From Vulcanimicrobiota bacterium (lineage in GTDB: Bacteria > Vulcanimicrobiota > Vulcanimicrobiia > Vulcanimicrobiales > Vulcanimicrobiaceae): 56,447 nucleotides of DNA. Each line of letters begins with the position of its first letter. Position 1 is the first letter of the stretch. Under the pieces are notes generated by a model that did not search any database, was not told where the DNA came from, and was given only the letters and a program-made list of their open reading frames with translations. The DNA lies in contig PLCF01000090.1 of NCBI GenBank assembly GCA_003135555.1, positions 1 through 56,447 of the forward strand, read 5' to 3'. The position numbers and the translations under genes were made by a program. Shown in pieces: positions 29,599 to 37,988 of this stretch.

Positions 29599-30291
29599 TT
29601 AGGCCTTACGCTTGCGGAACCGCTCGCGGAAACGGCGCGCTGAGATCAGCCGGAGCAGGTCGGCTTCGTGCTCGCGGAAGAACGCATACCGCGGCTCGTC
29701 CCGGCGCGCCGCGATCTTCCAAGCGAACTCCAGCGCGCTGTCGTCGCCGCCGCTTCGCGGGCGCGTCTTGCGGATGACGCCGCAGCCGTAGTCGGCGTCG
29801 ACGGTGAAGTACTCGATACCGGCCCGGCCGAGCACGAAGTCGACGAACGCCCAGTACGTCACCCCGCACCAACAGCCGGCCTGGAACACCGGCGACACCA
29901 TTTCCGGATCGGTCGGACGACAGTCGTGGACGACGATCGCGCCACCGGATCGGATCAGCGCGAACGCGCCCAGCAGGTCGGTCATCGAGTTTTCGTAGGT
30001 GTGGTACGGATCGACGAAGACGACGTCGTACAGGTTCGCCGGGGCACGCTCGGACAGCAGGCTCTGCGTCAGTTCGTGCGAGCTCCCGGCAGTGGTTCGG
30101 AACGCGATCGGAGCGCCGTCATCGAAGTCGGCGCTGCAACGGTAGACCAGGCGTTGGTAGCGCGGGAATTGATCGCGGTCGAATCCGCCGCGCGTGAAGC
30201 CGGTGCTCGCGCAAGAGATTTCCAGCAGGCTCCGGTAGCCGTACCGCCGGCCGAGCCGATTGGTGATCTCTATTTTGGTCAACTCCGGCAA
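29599..30291 (-). CDS. class I SAM-dependent methyltransferase-like protein (Methyltransf_24-like)
   Basis: YRSLLEI, YDVVFVDPYHTYE, GGAIVVHDC, TVDADYGCGVI. Confidence 0.7.
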   Translation of the reverse strand: MPELTKIEITNRLGRRYGYRSLLEISCASTGFTRGGFDRDQFPRYQRLVYRCSADFDDGAPIAFRTTAGSSHELTQSLLSERAPANLYDVVFVDPYHTYENSMTDLLGAFALIRSGGAIVVHDCRPTDPEMVSPVFQAGCWCGVTYWAFVDFVLGRAGIEYFTVDADYGCGVIRKTRPRSGGDDSALEFAWKIAARRDEPRYAFFREHEADLLRLISARRFRERFRKRKA

Positions 30292-30306
30292 ATCGCGCCG
30301 CCGTCG

Positions 30307-30885
30307 TCAGGGAGCTTGCGCCTTGTCGCAGGTGAGATCGACGCGGAAGCTCGGATCCCCCGCGGCGTACTGGGGCAGGTTTGGATGCGCGCGCTCCGGC
30401 TTCGGGTCGATCGGAAACACCAGCTTCAGCGGCTTCTTGAGGCTTTCCGGTTTTGCCATGACCTCGCCGAGAAACTGAAGCTGGACCGAGACCCCGGCGG
30501 CTTGGATCAATTCCTTGTAGGTGATCTTCTGCGCGATCAAGGCCGCCGCGGTCGTCGCCTTGGCGTCGAGCGTGTTGCCGTCGTCCAGCTGAAGCTGCAT
30601 CCCCTGCGCATCGGCGCCGGCGAAAACCGGCGTCAGCGTCGCATGGGCACCGTTTCGAACTTCGACCGCGACGCCGTAGCCGGGGCGCAGTCCATCGGGA
30701 TTGATCGGCTCAACCTTGGTGACGCGGAAGCGCCAGATACCGTCGAACAGCCATTGATTCAGGCAGCCTTCGACCGCCCGCCGCTGTGTCGCGCCGCCCG
30801 GCGCCGGCGTCGGCGTCACGCCAAGCAAGGCGGGGGAGATAAGGAGCGCAGCGACGGCCGCGCCCAAGCGTGCACGCAGTTCCAT
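30307..30885 (-). CDS. hypothetical secreted protein
   Basis: Signal peptide MELRARLGAAVAALLISPALLG, TPTPAP linker, Cys near both ends. Confidence 0.6.
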   Translation of the reverse strand: MELRARLGAAVAALLISPALLGVTPTPAPGGATQRRAVEGCLNQWLFDGIWRFRVTKVEPINPDGLRPGYGVAVEVRNGAHATLTPVFAGADAQGMQLQLDDGNTLDAKATTAAALIAQKITYKELIQAAGVSVQLQFLGEVMAKPESLKKPLKLVFPIDPKPERAHPNLPQYAAGDPSFRVDLTCDKAQAP

Positions 30886-31002
30886 CGGCCATTCTAGGCC
30901 GCAGGCAGTGTCGACTCCTGGTGCCGCTCTCACCTGACCGAGCGGGAACGGGAGAAAGCAGCCCACAACCGGTTCTCGCAGCGCTCAGCGAAAAGGCGGA
31001 AT

Positions 31003-31494
31003 ATGAACGACGAAGGCCTCGCATACCACCGAGTGCATGCATTGTGCTCTCAATTCGACGCGGTCTTGCAAACGCACCGAACGATGCTGCTCACGTCGCA
31101 ATCGATTCTGCTTTCACTTGCCACGTTCGTCGGCCAGGACCATATTGCTCGTGGTACGTCCCCTTGGCTGGCGCTGACCTTGTTCAGCATGGGCATGTTC
31201 TTGCTGCTCGTCTGGATTCGCGTCGTCATCCCCGGGGGACACGACATCGCGTACTGCCAATGGCAGCTCCTACGGCTCGAAGCAGGCGAAATCGAACACG
31301 GGGGTGCCGCGTTTTACACAGACCTCGTGAAATGGCAGCGTATTCACGGACCCGGCAAAATGCAGCGGCTGCGTTCGGACCCGCTCGGAACGTTGGTCAT
31401 TGAGGCGAATCAGACGCGACGTCTGCTCAACTATGGGCTGCCGGCGGCCTTCGCGCTGAGCTGGGTCTCGCTTATTGCATACGTCATACGCTAG
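31003..31494 (+). CDS. hypothetical small 2-3 TM protein
   Basis: 163 aa, two N-terminal and one C-terminal hydrophobic helices; starts 33 bp after the third att-like core. Confidence 0.6.
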   Translation: MNDEGLAYHRVHALCSQFDAVLQTHRTMLLTSQSILLSLATFVGQDHIARGTSPWLALTLFSMGMFLLLVWIRVVIPGGHDIAYCQWQLLRLEAGEIEHGGAAFYTDLVKWQRIHGPGKMQRLRSDPLGTLVIEANQTRRLLNYGLPAAFALSWVSLIAYVIR

Positions 31495-31523
31495 TCGCCG
31501 GGGACCTCGTCCGGCGAATTGGG

Positions 31524-31933
31524 TCAGGCCGGTCTGTCCGGCGGCTTGGCCAAGGCTTCCCGCTCGACGACGACGTGCGCCGACGCGCCCGAGGGCGACG
31601 GGCCACTGCCGACGTCGCGGTCGACGAGCTCGGCGAGCGCCGCGGCGCGGGCTTGGAGCGACATCGTGCGTTCGCGCGCGTCGTCGAGCAGCGTTCGGAT
31701 CTCGGCGTGCTGGAGCGACTGGCCGGCGATGGCGCCGTGGGCGGCGATCCCGGCCTTCGCCGCCGCGACGCGGGCCCGCGTGATGTCGCGCTCCGCTCGC
31801 AACGCGTCGGCGCGCCGGCGCAGCTCGTTTGCGGCCGTCGCCAAGGCCTCTTCGCGCCCGCGAAGTTCTTCGATCTCAGCCCGGAACGCATCGACGGCGT
31901 CGCGCTGCGTGCCGCTGCGCTCGTAGCCCGCGA
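31524..31933 (-). pseudogene. displaced 3' two-thirds of the pspA-like gene
   Basis: 31537-31933 matches 34075-34471 with about 12 mismatches in 397 bp (manual count); has its own stop (PPDRPA*) but no 5' part. Confidence 0.9.
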
Positions 31934-32264
31934 AGCGAACGATAACAGCGTTCAGGCGGAACCCTCCCATAGCGAGGAGGCATGGCACCGCGCATGAAGG
32001 GCGGTCGAATGACACGAGTGCGAGAGACGATTGCCCATCGCGTCGAGGCCGAACTTGCGCAGCCTGGAGCTCGCCGTAACCTCAGCGGATGCCTTAGAAT
32101 TCACGCTCGAACCGCATCGGTCGGAGACGGTAGGCAGCGTGTACGCAGCTGGACCCACGAACCTCGGCAGAATTTGAATTGCGGGAGAGCCCGCCGGTAA
32201 CGGCAGGGTTTTTCGCCGCGCATGCGTAGCGCGTTGGTCCCGAAAGAACCCGTTGGAGGGCGCG

Positions 32265-32807
32265 ATGAACCACACGACTGGGATTCTCGGCCAGACGGCC
32301 CTTGCCCCCAAACGATCCGCGGTCGACGCGCACGGCGCGTTCACGAACCTCCCGATCGAGGGCGTTCACTTCCGCCCGGCGCGCCCAGTTCCGCATGAGG
32401 ACGGCTATCTCGCCGAAGTGGCGCGCGTGGACTGGGCCCTGATCGAAACGCCGATCGTCCAAGTTCACGTCACGACCACGTTTCCCGGGCGGATCCGCGC
32501 GTGGGGTTTGCACGAGCGGATCACGGATCGTCTGTTCGTCGTGAGCGGGCTGCTGAAGATCGTCGTCTTCGACCCGCGCGAAGGATCGCCGACGCTGGGA
32601 CGCGTCAACGAATTCACCGTCGGCGAGAAGAACCCCGGGCTGCTCATCATTCCGCCACGCCTCTATCATGGCTGGAAGAACCTCGGCGAGACCGAGGCGG
32701 TGATCATCAACATGCCCGACGCCATGTACGACTACGACGCACCTGACGGGCTTCATCTGCCGTGGGACTCCGACGCGGCGAGGCAGATCATTCCGCATCA
32801 CTGGTAG
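32265..32807 (+). CDS. dTDP-4-dehydrorhamnose 3,5-epimerase (RmlC/cupin) family protein
   Basis: HEDGYLAE, GRIRAWGLH, DPREGSPT, IPPRLYHGW; GGAGGG SD. Confidence 0.8.
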   Translation: MNHTTGILGQTALAPKRSAVDAHGAFTNLPIEGVHFRPARPVPHEDGYLAEVARVDWALIETPIVQVHVTTTFPGRIRAWGLHERITDRLFVVSGLLKIVVFDPREGSPTLGRVNEFTVGEKNPGLLIIPPRLYHGWKNLGETEAVIINMPDAMYDYDAPDGLHLPWDSDAARQIIPHHW

Positions 32808-32812
32808 CTAGC

Positions 32813-34072
32813 GTGCCGGTCTTTTCGATCATCGTCGCCACCTACAATCGAGGGCGGCACATCAAGCCGACCATCGAGTCGGCGCTGGCGCAGAGCTTGC
32901 GCGACTGGGAGCTGATCGTCGTCGGCGACGGTTGCACCGACGACACGCTGAACGTCGTGCGCTCGTTCGGGTCACCGAAAGTCGTTACGCTCGAAATCGC
33001 TCGAAACAGCGGGAGCCAGAGCGCGCCCAACAACCTCGGCATCGCACGTTCGAAGGGTAGCCTTATCGCGTATCTCGGTCACGACGACGTCTGGTGTCCC
33101 GACCATTTGGCGAAGCTCGCCGCGTCGTTCTCGCGAGCGCCCCGCCCTGACGTGGTGGCAACCGGCTGCGTCTTTCACGGCCCGCAGGACAGCGGGATCT
33201 CGTTCGTGACCGGCATGTTGGACGAAGATCACAGCGGCGCGGATCATTTCTTGCCACCGTCCGCGCTGGCGCATACCCGCGACCTCATCGAGCGGATCGG
33301 GCAGTGGCCCAGCCCCGAAGATGTCGCGGCGCCCGTCGACTGCGAGATCATGCTGCGTGCCGCCCGCGCCGGCGCCGCCTTCGCTTCGACCGGGGAAGTT
33401 ACGGTGCACAAGTTCGCCGCCGGACATCGCTATCTGTCGTATTTGAGGCCGGCGTCCTGGGAACAAGCCGCGATGCTCGAGACGTTGCGAACGGGCGATC
33501 GTGCCGACCGCACCGCTTTCGTCGAGGCCGCTCGAGCTCAGGGCGGATATATGGTCATGAAGCACATCGATTTCGAGGGACTCGGAAAAGGGAAGCTCTT
33601 CGAAGCAAACCGCTCGAACAAAGGCCTCCGGCGAGCTGCGCTGCGGACACTTGAAGGTCGCGTCGTGCTTTGCCAAACCGCGGAGCCGCGCGGTCTCGAT
33701 TGGCACGAGCTCGAACAGTCATCGCAGCTCTACCGCTGGTCGGGACCGAGCCCGACGCCGCACGTCCTCATACCATACCGTGGCGACGGCATGGCGCGGC
33801 TGACGCTGCACGTCGCGATGTCGACGCCGGCGGAGGTCCTCGATGCGCTCTCGTTCGACCACGACGGCCGGACGATCTCCCACACGATCGACGCGAGCCG
33901 GCCGCACTGGGCGAAGCTCGAGGTCGACCTGCCGCTCAGAATCGACGACTACTCGATCCTCGGGATCACGACGCCGCGCATGTTTTGCCCGCTCGAGCAA
34001 TCGGGAAGCACCGACGACCGCCGTCTCGGGATCGCGCTGGGCAACATCGAAATCGAACCGCTCAGCCGCTGA
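32813..34072 (+). CDS. GT2 glycosyltransferase with C-terminal beta domain
   Basis: FSIIVATYNR, IVVGDGCTD, AYLGHDD, YRWSG, DDRRLGI. Confidence 0.85.
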   Translation: MPVFSIIVATYNRGRHIKPTIESALAQSLRDWELIVVGDGCTDDTLNVVRSFGSPKVVTLEIARNSGSQSAPNNLGIARSKGSLIAYLGHDDVWCPDHLAKLAASFSRAPRPDVVATGCVFHGPQDSGISFVTGMLDEDHSGADHFLPPSALAHTRDLIERIGQWPSPEDVAAPVDCEIMLRAARAGAAFASTGEVTVHKFAAGHRYLSYLRPASWEQAAMLETLRTGDRADRTAFVEAARAQGGYMVMKHIDFEGLGKGKLFEANRSNKGLRRAALRTLEGRVVLCQTAEPRGLDWHELEQSSQLYRWSGPSPTPHVLIPYRGDGMARLTLHVAMSTPAEVLDALSFDHDGRTISHTIDASRPHWAKLEVDLPLRIDDYSILGITTPRMFCPLEQSGSTDDRRLGIALGNIEIEPLSR

Positions 34073-34652
34073 ATTCCGGCGGCTTGGCCAAGGCTTCCCG
34101 CTCGACGACGACCTGCGCCGACGCGCTCGACGGCGACGGGCCACGGCCGGCGTCGCGGTCGACGAGCTCGGCGAGCGCCGCGGCGCGGGCTTGAAGCGCC
34201 ATCGTGCGTTCGCGCGCGTCGTCGAGCAGCGTCCGGATCTCGGCGTGCTGGAGGGACAGGCCGGCGATGGCGCCGTGGGCGGCGATCCCGGCCTTCGCCG
34301 CCGCGACGCGGGCCCGCGTGATGTCGCGCTCCGCGCGCAACGCGTCGGCGCGCCGGCGCAGCTCGTTTGCGGCCGTCGCCAAGGCCTCTTCGCGCCCGCG
34401 AAGTTCTTCGATCTCGGCCCGGAACGCATCGACGGCGTCGCGCTGCGTGCCGCTGCGCTCGTAGCCCGCGAGCTGCATCTCCAAGCGCTTGCGCGCCGTG
34501 AGCAGGTCGACGAGGTGGCCGCGCACCTCGTCGACGATCTCGAGCTGCGATTGGTACGCCGCGTCGACGGACGCCGCCGGATCGTCGAGACGCGCCATCT
34601 GCGAACGCGCCTCGCCGGTCAGCAGCCGCGCGATGCGCGACCAGACGCTCAT
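34062..34652 (-). CDS. PspA/IM30-family coiled-coil protein
   Basis: MSVWSRIARLL..LDDPAASVDAAYQSQLE..LLTARKRLEMQ..LQARAAALAEL; ATGA overlap with flotillin. Confidence 0.7.
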   Translation of the reverse strand: MSVWSRIARLLTGEARSQMARLDDPAASVDAAYQSQLEIVDEVRGHLVDLLTARKRLEMQLAGYERSGTQRDAVDAFRAEIEELRGREEALATAANELRRRADALRAERDITRARVAAAKAGIAAHGAIAGLSLQHAEIRTLLDDARERTMALQARAAALAELVDRDAGRGPSPSSASAQVVVEREALAKPPEFSG

Positions 34653-36103
34653 TTCGTTTCGGTCGCGGCCGGACGCGGAAGCGCCGTCTCGCCGTTGGTC
34701 GCCGGCGGCGGGGCGGGGTCGGTGCCGGACTTGGTGCGCGCGAGCAGGTTGCGGGCGAGCTGCAGCCCGGCCGCACCTTGGGTGAGCACCTTGCCCATGA
34801 TCTCCGAAACACCGTCGGCGCCGTTGAGCACGATCATCTGATCGATGTTGTTGAACGCGTGCGACGCGGCCTCGACGATCTCGGGCCACTTCTCGGCCAG
34901 CTGCTGTGAGATGACCGCTTCCTGGTTCTGAGCCAGCGCGTCGGCGCGGGCCTTGATCGCGGCGGCCTCGGCCAGACCACGAGCATTGATCGCGTCGCCC
35001 TCGGCGGTTCCCTTGGCGCGAATCGCGGCGCCTTCGGCCTCGCCGATCATCTTGGTGCGCGTCGAGTCGGCGTCGGCGGCGAGCTTCACGCGCGTCGCGT
35101 CGGCCTGCGCCTGCAGCTCGATCTGTTTGGCGCGAGCCTGGGCCGATGCGATGTCCGCATCGCGCTGCGCGTTCGCCAGGGTCGTCTTCTCGTACGCGGC
35201 GGCATCCGCCGGGCGGCGCACGGTGACGAGCAGTTCGGATTCTTTCTTGTGCGCGTCGAGCTCGACGATCTTCGTCTCCTCGACGACGACCTGCTGGCGT
35301 GCCATCGCGTCGGCGAGCGGGCCGGCCTGCTTCGACTGCGCCGCGGCGCGATCGACTTCGGCCTGGAAGCCGGCCTGTTTGATCTTGCTGTCGCGCTGGG
35401 CCTCGGCTTTGAGCGCCGCGGCTTCCTGCTCGCGCTGCGTGGCTTCTTGGTCGGCCTGCGCTTGCGCGATGCGCGCATCGCGCTGCACGGCCGCGGTATG
35501 TGGCTTGGAGAGGTTGTCGATGTAGCCGGTCGGGTCGTCGATCTCTTGAATCTGGAGCGAGTCGACGATGAGCCCGAGCTTCTCCATCTCCGTACCGGAG
35601 GCGCCGCGCGTCGCTTCGGTCAGCTTGTCGCGCTCGCGGATGAGGTCCTCGACGGTGAGCGAACCGCAGATCGCGCGCAGATGGCCCGCAAAGACCTGCT
35701 GGATGCGCGCGTCCATGCGATCCTGCTGGTCGAGGAACCGGCGCGCAGCATTGGCGATCGACGCGAAGTCGTCGCCGACCTTGTAGATCACGACACCCTT
35801 GATGTGGACGGGGATGCCTTGTTGCGTGACGCAGGCGATCTGCAGCTCGGACTCGCGCAGATCGAGTGACAACTTGCGCACGACTTGGACGCCCGGAATC
35901 ACGAGCGTACCGCGCCCGGTCACGATCTTGAAGCCCAGCGATTCACCGGTCTGCTCGTTGGGCTTGTGGTGCAAGCCCGAGATGACGAGCGCTTCGTTCG
36001 GTTCGGCGACCCGCCACATCGCGCGAAACAGTGCGATGAACACGGCGAATCCAACAACGACGATGACGACGATGACGACGATTGACCCCTCGAGTGTGGT
36101 CAC
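34649..36103 (-). CDS. flotillin-family SPFH protein
   Basis: N-terminal TM, PNEALVISG, ANAARRFL, GHLRAICGSLTVE, AEA-rich coiled coil, VLNGADG; GGAGG SD. Confidence 0.9.
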   Translation of the reverse strand: MTTLEGSIVVIVVIVVVGFAVFIALFRAMWRVAEPNEALVISGLHHKPNEQTGESLGFKIVTGRGTLVIPGVQVVRKLSLDLRESELQIACVTQQGIPVHIKGVVIYKVGDDFASIANAARRFLDQQDRMDARIQQVFAGHLRAICGSLTVEDLIRERDKLTEATRGASGTEMEKLGLIVDSLQIQEIDDPTGYIDNLSKPHTAAVQRDARIAQAQADQEATQREQEAAALKAEAQRDSKIKQAGFQAEVDRAAAQSKQAGPLADAMARQQVVVEETKIVELDAHKKESELLVTVRRPADAAAYEKTTLANAQRDADIASAQARAKQIELQAQADATRVKLAADADSTRTKMIGEAEGAAIRAKGTAEGDAINARGLAEAAAIKARADALAQNQEAVISQQLAEKWPEIVEAASHAFNNIDQMIVLNGADGVSEIMGKVLTQGAAGLQLARNLLARTKSGTDPAPPPATNGETALPRPAATETK

Positions 36104-36127
36104 GTGATTCCTCCGGCGCCGTAGCGC

Positions 36128-36328
36128 CTATGCCTCCGCGACGAAAACCGTCCGCGGCGGCTGATACTCGACGACGACGACTCGGGTGCCGACCGCGAGG
36201 GTCTTGGCGTCCCATGAGTGCGCGTGGAAGTGTTCGCTTCCGCCTCGCACCGCGAGCGTGATCTCGCCGACCCGTCCGGGACCCACCGTTCCCGTCACGC
36301 GCCCGACCTTTCCAATGACCTCGTCCGT
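36128..36328 (-). CDS. NfeD-like small OB-fold protein (absent from ORF track; ACG at expected start)
   Basis: Manual translation (T/M)DEVIGKVGRVTGTVGPGRVGEITLAVRGGSEHFHAHSWDAKTLAVGTRVVVVEYQPPRTVFVAEA*; GGAGG 5 nt before ACG; typical position upstream of flotillin. Confidence 0.75.
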   Translation of the reverse strand, partial: TDEVIGKVGRVTGTVGPGRVGEITLAVRGGSEHFHAHSWDAKTLAVGTRVVVVEYQPPRTVFVAEA

Positions 36329-36415
36329 GACGGCCTCCGCGTCTCCGCTAGCCCGTGGATACCCCCCGGGCCGACCACAAGTTACGCCGTGAGGTTCAAG
36401 AACCCCGCGCCGGTA

Positions 36416-37981
36416 CTATGCGCTACCGCCCACTCGCACGCTGGCGCTGGTGCCGTCACCGTTCACCCGCACCGTCGGCGCCGCGGCCCGCGACTGGGGG
36501 ATGACCTGGAACTCGATCACCTTCACGCCCGAGGCCGGTAGCGCGACGGTGGTCCGGAACGGCGCGCACTGGCGGTCGGTGCAAAACGATGCCACCCAGC
36601 GATTGGGCAGGCCGCTGGCGTTGAGCGTCACGGTCTTGCCGGGGGCGCCGGCGACGACGAGCCGGTATTTGTAGGTGCTCGCGACGGAGCCCTGCAGATC
36701 GGGGCCGGTCCAGGGCGCCAGCGACAGCGCGGTCTTGCCGTCGGGGTGCCCGACGTCGAGGGCCACGGTCGCCTCCTGGGCCTCTTCGAGGTACATCGCG
36801 TAGCGGGTGTCGGTTTTCGGGAGCTTGGCGGTCCAGGCGGCGGTTTGTGCGAACGCCCGACGAGCTTTGGCCGGATCGCCGGCTTTGACGAACAGCCGGC
36901 CCTCGTAGAGGTAGGCCCAGGCGAGCTTGCGGATCGCTTTGGGGTCGCCCGGCTTGGCCTGCACCGCGGCCCGCCCGCGGCCGATCGCCTGCGCGAACGC
37001 GACGGTGCCGTCGTCGAAACGCTTCGCATCGCCCGCGCTGACCCCGAGGGCGACGAACGCATCGACGCTCGGCTGGATGGACGCGATCTTGGCGTAGGTG
37101 TCGGTCGCGGTCGCGTCGTCGCCGCTAGCGTGGAGCGCCGCAGCGTAGCCGCCCAGCAAGTCGACGTCGCTGGGCGCGACGCCCAGCCCGCGCCGGTACG
37201 CGGCCAACGCCTCGGGCCAGTGCCCACGGGCGGAGGCGGCGTCGCCTTGGAGCCACGCCAGCGCGATCATGCTCGGCTCGGTGTCCGCAACCGGTTCGAG
37301 CAGCGTCACCTCCCGGTCACGCAGCGCGGTCTCTTCGGCTTGCGTGCGAAAGTAGTCGGTGTCGCCGTCGACGTTATCGGCGGCGTCGATCGCATGCAGC
37401 ACGGCGGTCGCGGCGCTGCGGATCGACGCGGGATCCCCGTCGAAGGCGAACTTGGCGGGGTCGAGCAGGGCATCGATCTTCTTCTGCGCCGCCGTGGCGA
37501 GCACGCCGTTGCGTCCGGCGCGCGCGTCGCTGACGAAGCCCGCGAGGACGCGCGGCGAAATGTTGCCCGCGAACCGCGCGCGCAACACGCCGTCGGGCGA
37601 GATCACGAAGGTCGTCGGGTAGGCGCGCACGTCGTAGGCCTTGGAAAAGGCATGATCGCGGTCGATCGACTGCGCGTAGCCCATCGGCTTGGCGGCCAAG
37701 AATGCGCGCACGATCGGTGCCGACTCGCTCGAGTCGACGCCCAGGAACACGACGTCGCCCTTGGCGCCGAATTTCTTGGCCGCGGCGATGAGATCGGGGG
37801 CCTCTTCGCGGCACGGCGGGCACCACGTCGCCCAATCGTTGAGCACGACGGTCTTGCCGCGGTAATCGGCCAGCGCGACCGGCTTGCCCTCGAGCGTGGT
37901 CAGGTGGAAATCCGGCGCCGGCGAGCCGACCTGCGGCCCCGAGACCGTCAGCGCGGTCGCGGCGATGAGTGCGTGGACCAT
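36416..37981 (-). CDS. secreted TlpA-type redoxin + TPR + C-terminal CxxxC domain (paralog 1)
   Basis: WATWCPPC, YPTTFVI, TPR-like helices, SFCTDRQCAPF. Confidence 0.8.
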   Translation of the reverse strand: MVHALIAATALTVSGPQVGSPAPDFHLTTLEGKPVALADYRGKTVVLNDWATWCPPCREEAPDLIAAAKKFGAKGDVVFLGVDSSESAPIVRAFLAAKPMGYAQSIDRDHAFSKAYDVRAYPTTFVISPDGVLRARFAGNISPRVLAGFVSDARAGRNGVLATAAQKKIDALLDPAKFAFDGDPASIRSAATAVLHAIDAADNVDGDTDYFRTQAEETALRDREVTLLEPVADTEPSMIALAWLQGDAASARGHWPEALAAYRRGLGVAPSDVDLLGGYAAALHASGDDATATDTYAKIASIQPSVDAFVALGVSAGDAKRFDDGTVAFAQAIGRGRAAVQAKPGDPKAIRKLAWAYLYEGRLFVKAGDPAKARRAFAQTAAWTAKLPKTDTRYAMYLEEAQEATVALDVGHPDGKTALSLAPWTGPDLQGSVASTYKYRLVVAGAPGKTVTLNASGLPNRWVASFCTDRQCAPFRTTVALPASGVKVIEFQVIPQSRAAAPTVRVNGDGTSASVRVGGSA

Positions 37982-37988
37982 GTTTCTC

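Larger units (their letters stand above)
27850..30970 (+). repeat. three direct copies of 11-bp att-like core AGCCCACAACC (27850-27860, 29582-29592, 30960-30970)
   Basis: Exact 11-mer read three times; the first encodes the MBL-hydrolase C-terminal AHNP, the others are intergenic with degenerate copies of the flanking tail. Confidence 0.75.

Noticed and set aside
31982..32200. 72-aa ORF after GAGGAGG
   Set aside because: SD spacing too short and no recognisable motif; cannot be supported
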